From assembly GCA_963698505.1 (NCBI GenBank), contig CAVORC010000047.1:495-64494 (forward strand): a stretch of DNA of 64,000 nt. Direction: 5' to 3'. A program made the translations under genes and the position numbers. Source of the DNA: an uncultured Chloroflexia bacterium (GTDB lineage Bacteria > Chloroflexota > Limnocylindria > Limnocylindrales > CSP1-4). Positions within the stretch are counted from its first letter, which is position 1, and the number at the start of each line of letters is the position of its first letter. Below the pieces are notes generated by a model that was given only the letters and a program-made list of their open reading frames with translations, did no database searches and was not told where the DNA came from. Below, one piece after another: positions 17,075 through 26,961 of the stretch.

Positions 17075-17727
17075 GTGACCAAGCACGACGCGCTCCGCAA
17101 GCAGCGGATCATCGACTACATCGCAGCCACCGTCCGCGAGAGCGGCTACCCACCGTCGGTGCGTGAGATCGCCGCTGCCGTCGGGCTCGCCTCGACGTCT
17201 GCCGTGCACCACCACCTGTCCGCGCTCGAGAAGGAAGGGAAGCTGGAGCGCGATGCCACCCAATCGCGAGCACTGCGCCTGACCCCGGCGGCGATGCTGG
17301 TCAACGGCGCCGGTAGCGACATCCTCGCTCGTGGCTCAGAGCACCGCGGCCGTGACATCCCGGTCATCGGGGAGATCGCGGCCGGTGGCCCGATCGAGGC
17401 GTACCAGGACGCCACTGAGACGGTGACGATCCCGGACATGATCAACACGAGCGACTGGAACGTACGTGCTTGCGCGTTCGCGGCGACTCCATGGTCGACG
17501 CTCACATCATGGACGGGGACCTCGTCGTCATCCGCGAGCAGCAGACCGCTCGCGATGGAGACATCGTCGTGGCGCAGGTCGAAGAGAACGCGGTCACGCT
17601 GAAGCGCTTCTTCAAGGAGCGCGACCGGGTACGACTCCAGCCAGCCAACTCGCAGTACGAACCGCAGTTCTATGACGACGTTCGCATCCAGGGCAAGCTC
17701 GTCGGGGTCATCCGGCGGGTCGACTAG
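17075..17727 (+). CDS. lexA: LexA repressor, interrupted by two apparent 1-nt insertions (about 17456 and 17471)
   Basis: The N-terminal wHTH is GYPPSVREIAAAVGLASTSAVHHHLSALEKEG. The cleavage region is VIGEIAAGGPIEA. The C-terminal part reads RVRGDSMVDAHIMDGDLVVI...VTLKRF. The YVL piece preceding RVRGDSM is in the third frame. Confidence 0.9.
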
Positions 17728-17752
17728 GCCGAGTCGGACCGCGATTTCGCAC

Positions 17753-17772
17753 TTGTCCACGGCTTATCCACA
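17753..17772 (+). promoter_or_regulatory. Two adjacent DnaA boxes (TTGTCCACG, TTATCCACA) upstream of dnaB
   Basis: 17753-17761 is TTGTCCACG (one mismatch at the last base). 17764-17772 is TTATCCACA (perfect consensus). Confidence 0.55.
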
Positions 17773-17900
17773 CATTTGGTGGAGAGTTGGCCGCGGGTTG
17801 GTGGAGATGCGGCTTGCGTGACCAGCATCGCGCAGGGCCAACATCGGTGTCACCGCCCGCCCTGACCCCTGACCCCAAGACCTGATCCCGGAGCATTCGC

Positions 17901-19268
17901 TTGTCCATCGATCGCTTGCCGCCGCAGTCCATCGAAGCCGAGCAGTCGGTCCTGGGAGCGCTGCTGATCGACAAGGACGCCGTCATCGAGGTCGCGGAGC
18001 TGCTCCAGCCGGAGGACTTCTACCGCCAGCAGCCACGGCACCATCTACGCTGCCGTCCTCGAGCTGTACGAACGACGCGAGCCCGTCGACATCGTCACGG
18101 TCAGCGAGGTGCTCGAGCGGCAGGGACGGCTCGACGATGTCGGGGGTGCGGCCTACCTGACCAGCCTCATCAACCTCACGCCCACCGCGGTCAACGCCGT
18201 CCACTACGCTCGCATCGTCGAGCGCAAGGGCGTCTTGCGCAATCTGATCAGCGCGGCGGGCAGGATCGCCGGCCTCGGCTACGAGGAGGACGGCGACATC
18301 GGCGAGGTCATCGACCGTGCCGAGTCCGAGTTGTTCGCGGTCAGCGAGAAGCGCGTCGAGTCCGGGTTTCTCGCCGCTCAAGTCGCTCCTGCACAGCGCC
18401 TATGACCGGCTGGACTATCTGCACCAGCACAAGGGTGAGATCAGCGGCATCCGCACCGGCTTCGCCGACCTGGACACCATGACCACGGGTCTGCAGAAGT
18501 CGGACCTGGTGCTCGTCGCGGCGCGACCATCGATCGGCAAGACCAGCCTGGCGCTGAACTTCGCCGAGCACGCCGCCGTCAACGAGGGCAAGGTCGTCGG
18601 GGTCTTCAGCCTCGAGATGAGCAAGGAGCAGCTGGTGTTGCGCCTGCTCTCGTCGGTCGCCAACATCGACTCGCAGCGCCTGCGCACGGGGTTCCTCGAG
18701 GAGATGGACTTCACCCGCCTGGCGCCGGCCATGAACAAGCTCGCGGAGGCTCCGATCTTCATCGACGACACGCCCAACATCAGCGCCATGGAGCTGCGCA
18801 CCAAGGCACGACGCCTGCAGGCCGAGTCGGGCCTGGACCTGATCATCGTGGACTACCTCCAGCTGATGCAGTCGAGCGTGACCTCGCGTGATGCCAACCG
18901 CGTTCAGGAGGTCAGCGACATCTCGCGAAGCCTGAAGGCGCTCGCTCGTGAGCTGCAGGTGCCCGCTCGTGGCGCTCTCGCAGCTCTCGCGCCAGACGGA
19001 GAACCGGGGCGAGAAGGGCGAGCCGCGCCTCTCCGACCTGCGCGAGTCGGGCGCCCTGGAGCAGGATGCTGACATGGTGATGTTCCTGTGGCGTGACAAG
19101 GAGCGTGGGTCGGACGATCACGAGCAGGACGGCGAGGTCATCAACCTCAAGCTGGCCAAGCACCGCAATGGCCCCACCGGCGAGACCAAGCTCTGGTTCA
19201 AGAAGCGACAGACACGCTTCGTCTCATACGCTGAAGAGGACCACTACGCGGAAAGTGCGTACGGCTAG
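17901..19268 (+). CDS. dnaB: Replicative DNA helicase DnaB, interrupted by three apparent frameshifts (about 18030, 18368, 18962)
   Basis: Four consecutive ORF pieces read through as [18 protein letters not shown]... / [12 protein letters not shown]... / [37 protein letters not shown]... / [11 protein letters not shown]...[18 protein letters not shown]. The total is about 456 aa and there is no intein. Confidence 0.9.
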
Positions 19269-19317
19269 ACGTCTACACTCGTGGCCGTGACACTCGGGAC
19301 GAGGCGAGGACGAAGGA

Positions 19318-19530
19318 GTGCTCATGGGCGTCATCATCATCCGCGAGATGGTCGGCAGCAGTCCCGAGTCATGGAGCGCTGCCGCCGCAGACGCCGTCTC
19401 GCGAGCGTCCCACACCGTGCGCAACATCCGCCACGTCGAGGTCGTACGTCACACAGCCCGGGTGAAGGACGGCCGCATCACCGAGTACGAGGTCGAGCTC
19501 AAGATCTTCTTCGAGTACGAGGGCACCTGA
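19318..19530 (+). CDS. Dodecin family flavin-binding protein
   Basis: About 70 aa. REMVGSSPESWSAAAADAVSRASHTVRNIRHVEVV...EYEVELKIFFEYE follows the dodecin pattern (VGSSPxS...A...A..T.RN....EV). Confidence 0.75.
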   Translation: MLMGVIIIREMVGSSPESWSAAAADAVSRASHTVRNIRHVEVVRHTARVKDGRITEYEVELKIFFEYEGT

Positions 19531-19536
19531 CCGCAC

Positions 19537-19545
19537 TTATCCACA
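19537..19545 (+). promoter_or_regulatory. Perfect DnaA box TTATCCACA
   Basis: Exact 9-mer immediately after the dodecin stop and before the STAND regulator start. Confidence 0.45.
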
Positions 19546-19561
19546 CCAGGGTAAGTACGCG

Positions 19562-22500
19562 GTGAGACGGTCTCGCGAAGATGCGCCAATGCCCCCGACA
19601 CAGGTGACACCCGAACGAACCGATGGTGCTCCTCGCCCCGACGGCGACGTCGGGACGCATCCCTCTGGGCTGGCGATCATCGCCAGCAAGATCAGTGCGG
19701 CGGTGCCGGGGCGCTCGGTCCTGGACCGGCCTCGCCTCATCGACTGGCTGAGGCAGCAGGGCCAGGCACGACTGATCCTGATCTCGGCTGAAGCGGGCTA
19801 CGGCAAGTCCACTCTGCTCAACGAGTTCGCGATCCGCACCAGGGATCGGTGCGCGTGGTACCGCATGGAGAGCTCGGACGGCGACTGGATCACGTTCCTT
19901 AGCCACATGGTGGCCGCCCTGCGCGAGGTGATCCCTGGGCTTCGGTGCTGCGACGGAGGCGCTGCTGCGGCACGTCGCAGCGATGGGTCCTTCGCGCGAG
20001 GTGGTGCTCGCGCAGTTCCTGGCGGATCTGGGTGAGGTCGGACAGGGTCGGCTCGCGGTGATCCTCGACGACTTCCAGTACGTCGAGGCCTCGAGTGATG
20101 TGCGCATGATCCTGAGCCGGATGCTCGAACGCGGACCAGAGGGCATGTACATCGTGCTCGGCTGGACGTGGTCGGCCTCGACTCGCGCTCGGACGTCTTG
20201 TCTCTCAGGGACGCGTGGCAGAGCTCACGATCGACGACCTTCGCTTCACCCGGGACGAGGTCGAGGATCTGTTCGCCATCACCTATGGCCAGCCACTCGA
20301 TGACGCGGCGTATGACGTCGTCATGGAGCGGACCGAGGGCTGGGCGGCGAGCCTCCAGTTGGTCGCCGCCTCGATCGCCGTGACACAGCCGGGCGAGGTG
20401 CGTGACTTCATCAGCGCGCTGAGCGGAGCGACCGCTCCCATCTATGACTTTCTGGCGGAGGAGGTCCTGACGCGCCTGTCGCCCTCCACGCAGCAGGTAC
20501 TCATGCACGCGTCGCTCATCGATCGTGTGCGCCCAGAGCTGGTCCGGGCGGCACTCTCAGTGAGCGAGGGTCCTCCCCAGGGCGAAACGGTGGAGACCGC
20601 CCTCGACGAGGCGGAGGCTCTCGGACTGCTCGGTAGTAGGAGCCGATCGTCCAGCAGCGGTCGGCGCATCCATCCGCTGTTCCGTGACTTCCTCCGCCTG
20701 CACCTGGAGCAAGAGGCGTCACCCGATCTGATCCGGGCGATGCACGGCGCGGTAGCAGATGCCGCTGAACCCACTGATTGGTTGGTCTCCGCACGTCACT
20801 TCGCCCTCGCAGGAAATCCGGCAGATGCGATGCGCGTGCTCGGCTCGGCTGCCAGCGCGGCCCTTGGCACTGGTGCCTGGGGGGCAGCGGTGGAAATCAT
20901 CGACCTCATGCCGGACGCGGCGCCGCCGGCGGCCGTGAAAGTGATCCAGGCGCGGGCACTGGTGAGCGACGGGGTTCCGGATGACGCGCTCGCGCTGCTT
21001 GCGAACATCGATAGGGGTGGGCTATCTCCGGAGGAGCGCGGGCTGGTCGGCCTGACCCGTGCCGCCGTCCATCACATGAATGGGAACGGCCCGGCAGTCG
21101 TGGCAGAGATCGAGGCGGTCGCCTCGGACGACACGGTCCCATCCCCGTTGCACGAAGTCGCTCTCTCGTGGCGCCAGATCCTGCTGGCCAGCGCCGGCGG
21201 CTGCATCACGGACTCGGTCCAGATGCTGCGCCGCCTCGCGGTGAGCCAGCGCCAGGCTGGGCTGCACTACTTCGCAGGCGTGACCCTCCATAACCTGGCG
21301 TACTCCGAACTTGCGCGCGGCAACTACTCGCGGGCGCACGAGATTGCCCTCGACGCGGCCGCTCATCTGGATCAGAGCGACGACACCACGGGGATCGCTG
21401 CGTCAACAGGCGCGATCCTCTCAGCGGCGGTCGCGGAACTCGGCAGACTTGAGGAGGGTCTACGCACATCCGCAGCGCTCGCTGGTGAGCCAGGAGCAAC
21501 TGCTGACGCGATTGCTGATGCCGCGTATCTGCATGCGGTATGTGGACGGAGCACGAAAGCAAGATCTCTGCTGGCTCGGTTCGATCGTGGGGATGCGCCT
21601 TGGTCGCGTGAACTCGGCTCAATCGCCCAAGGCCACTATGCGCGGATTTCGCTGGCCCTGGCTGAGGGTCGTCTGGGCGAGGCTGAGAAGTCACTGCGCG
21701 CGCTTCAAGCCCTCGAGTCGCCCGGGATTGATGCTCGCTCACGTACCGCGATTGTCGTCGCGACACTGAGTTTGGCCACTGGCCGCGAGGATGCGACGCG
21801 ACACGTCCAAGTCGCCCTTGAATCTGTGGCCGCCCAGAACGCCTGGCGGTGGATGTCTCGCGCACGCATGCTGGAGGCCATCGCGAGCCGAGACGGAGTC
21901 AACCTTGCTGAGCTGGTCTCCGAAACCGAGAGTGACTCGGCACTCGCGGTCCTGGAGCTTGCAGATGTGATCGCGATGGCGATCGGTACGCTGGTGCCGC
22001 TACCGGAAGCGCTTGAGCGGTCCATCCTTCGCGAGCCGACCCGGTGGATTACGGCGCTCCGAAGACAGGTGCGCCACGAACGAAACGAGGACGCTAGCGC
22101 TGCGGCGTCGCTGATCGCTCGGTTCGGGTCTGCTGAGGACGTGGCGGTGCTTCGACACTTTGACCGCACATCTGAGGGGCGAAGCAAGCGCCGCGGTCTA
22201 GCCACTCGACTGATCCGTCGGGTCAGCCCTACCGTTCGTGTTCACGATCTCGGACTCGCAAGCCTAGAGATCGGGGCGCGCGTGGTTGCGTTGACGGCGA
22301 CGCGGCGCAAGTCCGCGGCCTTGCTCCTCTACATGGTCACTCGTCCTGAGCTCATGGCAACCCGAGAGCTGGTCATGGAGAGCCTCTGGCCTGACCAGAA
22401 CCCGAAGTCCGCCATGAACAGCCTTCATCAGACGCTTGTTCTTCCTTCGGAGAGAGCTCGAGCCTTGGTACGAAGACGGATCGAGCGCCGACTACGTGCA

Positions 22501-22966
22501 TGTGGAATCGGACCTGGTCTTCCTCGACCAGGAACTGTTCCAGATCGACAGCGTGGCGTTCGCTCGACAGACCACGGATATCCTGAGCACGGGCACGGCT
22601 CTGGCGCGCGGACCCGAGATGCTTCGTCTGTACAAGGGCAGCTTTGCACCGGAGTTCGAGTACGAGGAGTGGACGGAGGACTGGCGCACACACCTTCATG
22701 GGTCGTACCTGCGACTGGCGCACGCAACATCGTGCGCACTGATCGACGAGGCGCGCTACGGCGAGGTCGTAGAGGTTCTCTCACCGGTCGCTGCCCTGGA
22801 TCCGATGGCCTTCGACCTCCGCGCAACGCTCATCGCATGCCTCGAGTTCACAGGCGCGACCGATGCCGCACGCGCCCACTACCGCAGCCTGGCCGCATCA
22901 CACGAACGCGACCTTGGACTCCCAGCAAAGTCATTCGAGGAGATCCTTAGGAGCATCAGGCCATGA
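19562..22966 (+). CDS. Large STAND-type ATPase regulator with C-terminal SARP module (wHTH + BTAD); three apparent frameshifts (about 19937, 20160, 22437)
   Basis: Walker A is ISAEAGYGKSTLL and Walker B is LAVILDDFQ. The MalT-like segment is LRFTRDEVEDLF...TEGWAASLQLVA, followed by a long helical/TPR-like middle. The C-terminal OmpR/SARP wHTH (ALLLYMVTRPELMATRELVMESLWPD) is followed by the BTAD (LYKGSFAPEFEYEEWTEDWRTHLH...). Confidence 0.75.
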
Positions 22967-23418
22967 ACTGGTAGCCCTACGTACTAGTACTTATAGGGTC
23001 ATCACCATCCCGTACCTAACCTCCGGTTTGTATCAGTTCACTGGCTGATGCAATGACCACGGAGCGCACACCGCGCATCGTTTCGGAGGGCTCGAGAGAG
23101 GGGACCTTCGAGACAGTGGGACGGGTGACGCTCCCCATCGACCCGCCGCTGCGACTTCAGCCGTGCTGCGGCTTGAGAAGGGGTATGAGATGAATCCCGT
23201 TAGCCACGTCAAGCCCTGGTAGTTCAGATGCCTCGAACAATGCTGTCGAGGCTCACGCTGCTGTCGACCCTCATCGCAACACTACTCATCGCGGGCAGCG
23301 CGGGCATCAAGCCGATCTGAAGGGACTAGGAGCCTCCCCGTACCAAGGTTGGATGGGGAGTAGTCGGCATCTATCGCGATACTGACTACCCCTGCTGGCA
23401 ACTTGGGAGTCGTACTCC

Positions 23419-24774
23419 TTGTCGAATAGCCTCCGGATACTGCTGATTGTCGTCCCTGTGGCGGCTATCGCGCTGCTCGCGGTGAGTTGGATGACCAACC
23501 CCATCGAAGTCGATGGGGTTGTTGTGGTGTTCTGGATTGCCGTCGCTCTGCTCGCATCAGCTTCGCCTATTCGAGCAGCCCGGGGAAACGTGGTCAGTGT
23601 TGCAGCTGCGCCGATTGTCGCCGCTGGCATCATCGGGGGGCCGACCCTCGCCGCGCTGGTTGCGGTAGTCGGCACGCTCGAGGTTAGGGAGTTCCGGGGG
23701 CAGGTGCCCTGGTACGGGTTCGTCTTCAACCACTCGTTTCCAGTCTTCGCGGGTGTGCTCTCCGGGATGACGTACGTCGTGCTGATGCAAGGTGCAGACG
23801 TCGCGACAGAGAAGGGCCTGCTAGCTGGGATCCTGGCGGGGATTGTCTACGTTCTCGTCGCGACCGCGATGTCCTCCTTGGCCGTGTCCCTGAGGGAGGG
23901 ACGGACGATGGTTGCCGTCGTGCGGTCCGACTTCCACACGTTTGGGTTGACGATGATCGGGCTGACCCCGATGGCGTGGTTGATGGCTCTTGCCTATATC
24001 TGGGTGGGGCCACTGGTGGCCATCGCGTTCGCCGTGCCGCTCTACACGACTCGCGCGGCATTCAAGGCCGTGGTTGACGTCCGCGAGATGTTCACGCAGA
24101 CCGTGAAGGCCCTGGCATCCGCGATCGATGCGCGCGACCCGAGCACCAAGAAGCACTCCGAGCACGTCTCAGGGATCGCCGTCGAGATCGGGCAGGCGAT
24201 GGGCCTGTCAGAGACGCAACTGGAGCAATTGGAATGGGCTGGTCTGCTCCACGACATCGGCAAGATCGGCATCCGCGACGCCGTCCTGCTGAAGCCCGAG
24301 AAGCTGACCCGCGAGGAGCGGATGCTGATGAACGAGCACCCCGTGAAGGGCGAGGAGATCCTCAAGGACGTCGACCAGCTGGCAGCTGAGCGACCGCTCA
24401 TCCGTCACCATCACGAGTGGTACAACGGCTCGGGCTACCCAGACCGGCTCATCGGCGAGGAGATCCCGCTGCTGGCGCGCGTGCTGCATGTCGCAGACGC
24501 GTTCGAGGCGATGACGGCGTCGCGGCCGTATCGACCGATCCCACTCAGCACGGCTGAAGCGATCGCGGAGCTCAACCGGTACGCCGGCATCCAGTTCGAC
24601 CCTGGCGTGGTCGAGGCGTTCTCGCGCACCAAGACGGCGATGCAGGCGAACGAGGACCCGGACGAGCCCGGCGAGCCGGAGCAGCGATACTCGCCGGTTC
24701 CGACACTGGGACAGGTCGCGACGTCGCGAGCGCAGGGTGGAATGTCCACGAGTTCAGCCCCGGCCGAACCCTAG
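23419..24774 (+). CDS. Membrane-anchored HD-GYP domain protein (predicted c-di-GMP phosphodiesterase)
   Basis: TTG start. The N-terminal ~220 aa are polytopic. The C-terminal part reads HSEHVSGIA...LLHDIGKIGI...HHEWYNGSGYPD..., which carries the HD and GYP signatures. Confidence 0.85.
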   Translation: MSNSLRILLIVVPVAAIALLAVSWMTNPIEVDGVVVVFWIAVALLASASPIRAARGNVVSVAAAPIVAAGIIGGPTLAALVAVVGTLEVREFRGQVPWYGFVFNHSFPVFAGVLSGMTYVVLMQGADVATEKGLLAGILAGIVYVLVATAMSSLAVSLREGRTMVAVVRSDFHTFGLTMIGLTPMAWLMALAYIWVGPLVAIAFAVPLYTTRAAFKAVVDVREMFTQTVKALASAIDARDPSTKKHSEHVSGIAVEIGQAMGLSETQLEQLEWAGLLHDIGKIGIRDAVLLKPEKLTREERMLMNEHPVKGEEILKDVDQLAAERPLIRHHHEWYNGSGYPDRLIGEEIPLLARVLHVADAFEAMTASRPYRPIPLSTAEAIAELNRYAGIQFDPGVVEAFSRTKTAMQANEDPDEPGEPEQRYSPVPTLGQVATSRAQGGMSTSSAPAEP

Positions 24775-24861
24775 CCCGCGGCGCTCCGAGCACATGGCGG
24801 GCCCACCGCGACCCACTGAGACGACGCGCGCCCTGCAGGGCTCGCTCGCGCCCGACACCTG

Positions 24862-26850
24862 ATGCTGTTCCTCGGGATCGTCGTCGGGCTCGTTCTCGGC
24901 CTCCTGGCAGGCGGGCGCCTCGCCAACCTGCTCTCCGCGAAACTGCGCTTCGGTGCGCTGATCATCGCCGGACTGCTGCTCCGCGTGGCCACACAGTGGC
25001 TCATCGATCAGGGCGTTGACGTCGTCGACCAGCTCCGAACGCCGCTCTTCGCCCTCTCCTTCGGCTTGCTCGTGGTGGCGTTGTGGCTCAATCGCGCACA
25101 GCCGGGCCTGCTCCTGGCCATGGTCGGGATCGCCGCCAACGGCCTCGCCATCCTCCTCAACGATGGGTACATGCCCGTGTTCATGCCGGCCGTCGAGATG
25201 GCCGGCCTCACGGCGGCTGACCTGTCGCCAACGTTCCACACGCCGCTCCCGACCGACCTGGGCTGGCCGTTCCTGCGAGCCGGCGGTCCGATCGGCGACA
25301 TCCTGCCGATCGCCGTGCCGGTCCTGTCGAACGTCATCAGCCTGGGTGACGTGCTCCTCGCCACTGGCATCGGCTGGTACCTCTTCTCGACCATCGCACG
25401 CGGAACACCCGACCCAGATAGCGGTGTGGTTTCGCTATGGAGCGCCAAGCCACGTGCCGAAGCCGTTCAGCGGATGCCACAACAAGCTGGGCTGGACCGG
25501 CCCGTCGTGGTGGGTTCTGGCATGGGTCCGGGACTCAGCTCAGCGCGTCCCGGGCTCAACGACGCTGAGGCGCGGGCGACTGCGCCGGCGGTCGCGCCCA
25601 GCGTGGGCGAGCGGATCCGCACACATCCCTACATCCGCCTTGCCCGCGACGCACGCTTCTCTGCCTTCTGGCTGGCTGGGACGATCAGCCTCTTCGGCGA
25701 TCGGCTCCACCAAGTCGCGCTCGGAGTGATGGTCCTCGCGGTGACGGATTCGCCGATGCAAACGGGGCTGGTATTCCTGGCCGCCACGCTGCCGAACCTG
25801 CTGCTTGGCCCCATCGCCGGCACGTTCGTCGACCGCTGGGACCAGAAGTGGGTGATGATCGCGACCGATCTGGTGCGCGCGGCTCTGGTCCTGACCATCC
25901 CCTTCGTTGCCGACGTGAACATCTGGCTGGTCTATCCGCTCGTCTTCATGACCACCACAGTGAGCCTGTTCTTTCGACCGGCCAAGGCGGCCATCGTCCC
26001 ACGCATCGTCCGTCGCGAGGACCTCACCCCGGCCAACGGCGCCATCTGGACCGGCGAAACGGTGGCGGACATCGCGGGGTACCCACTGGCCGGTGTCTTC
26101 GTGGCAACGCTGGGCGCGGACCTGGCGCTAGCCTTCTGGGTCGACGCCATGACCTACATCATCAGCGCTGTACTGCTGGTGGGCCTGGTGATCCCACCGG
26201 TCATTCACGAGGCAAGGACGCACGTCACGAGCGCCATCGGCGCGTTCACCGACGAGCTGCGCGAAGGCTGGCACTTCCTCCGCGGGGAGACGGCCCTGTT
26301 CCAGAACACGCTTGTCAGCGTGATGGCCCAGCTGTCGGTCGGCGCCACGTTGGCGCTGATGGTGGTCTACGCACAGCGCTCGCTGGATGGCGACGTCATC
26401 CCCTATCCCGAGAGCTACGCCGTCATCGAGGCGGCCATCGGCGTGGGCAACCTGATCGGCGGGTTCGTGGTCGGCGCGATCGGTGCTCGCCTGCGCAAGG
26501 GCTGGCTGGTGATCAGCGGCTTCGCTGTCATGGGCTTCGCCACGATCGCACTCGGCCTCACCTCCAACGAGCTGCTGGCGATGGTGGCCGCCGTGGTCAT
26601 CGGGATCTTCAACTTGGTCTACGTCATCCCCAGCCAGGTGCTGTTCGCCGAACGGACACCGGCGGGCATGATGGGACGCGTGGTGGCGATCCGCTCGAGC
26701 ATCGTGATGGGCGCCCTCACTGGGGCGATGGCAGTGAGCGCCGGTCTCGCCGACACCATCGACGCCGGCGTCATCATCGCCGCCACCGGCGTGCTCACCG
26801 TGCTGTCGGCGGTCGTAGCGGCCTGGCTGCCGGCAGTGCGTGACGCATGA
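24862..26850 (+). CDS. DUF5317-like membrane domain fused in frame to an MFS transporter (EntS/MFS_3-like)
   Basis: One 662-aa ORF. Residues 1-~180 resemble DUF5317 (GIAANGLAILLNDGYMPV...LGDVLLATGIGWYLF). An ~80-aa linker follows. Then comes a 12-TM MFS (FSAFWLAGTISLFGDRLHQVAL...FVDRWDQKWVM). Confidence 0.65.
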   Translation: MLFLGIVVGLVLGLLAGGRLANLLSAKLRFGALIIAGLLLRVATQWLIDQGVDVVDQLRTPLFALSFGLLVVALWLNRAQPGLLLAMVGIAANGLAILLNDGYMPVFMPAVEMAGLTAADLSPTFHTPLPTDLGWPFLRAGGPIGDILPIAVPVLSNVISLGDVLLATGIGWYLFSTIARGTPDPDSGVVSLWSAKPRAEAVQRMPQQAGLDRPVVVGSGMGPGLSSARPGLNDAEARATAPAVAPSVGERIRTHPYIRLARDARFSAFWLAGTISLFGDRLHQVALGVMVLAVTDSPMQTGLVFLAATLPNLLLGPIAGTFVDRWDQKWVMIATDLVRAALVLTIPFVADVNIWLVYPLVFMTTTVSLFFRPAKAAIVPRIVRREDLTPANGAIWTGETVADIAGYPLAGVFVATLGADLALAFWVDAMTYIISAVLLVGLVIPPVIHEARTHVTSAIGAFTDELREGWHFLRGETALFQNTLVSVMAQLSVGATLALMVVYAQRSLDGDVIPYPESYAVIEAAIGVGNLIGGFVVGAIGARLRKGWLVISGFAVMGFATIALGLTSNELLAMVAAVVIGIFNLVYVIPSQVLFAERTPAGMMGRVVAIRSSIVMGALTGAMAVSAGLADTIDAGVIIAATGVLTVLSAVVAAWLPAVRDA

Positions 26851-26961
26851 TGGCGACTCGACCGGGGTCACTGCGAGCCGCGGCGCGCGACGCCCCGGCA
26901 GGACGAACGCCGCACCGCGATAATCGGGTCAACGCCAAGGACCCAGGGAGAGCCCCGCTGC

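Noticed and set aside
14617-19268. dinB, lexA and dnaB as genuine pseudogenes, or programmed frameshifting
   Set aside because: Similar 1-nt breaks hit atpB, atpH, rplU and tsaC elsewhere, often at homopolymers. There are no slippery heptamers and no conserved recoding context. Assembly error is the more economical explanation.
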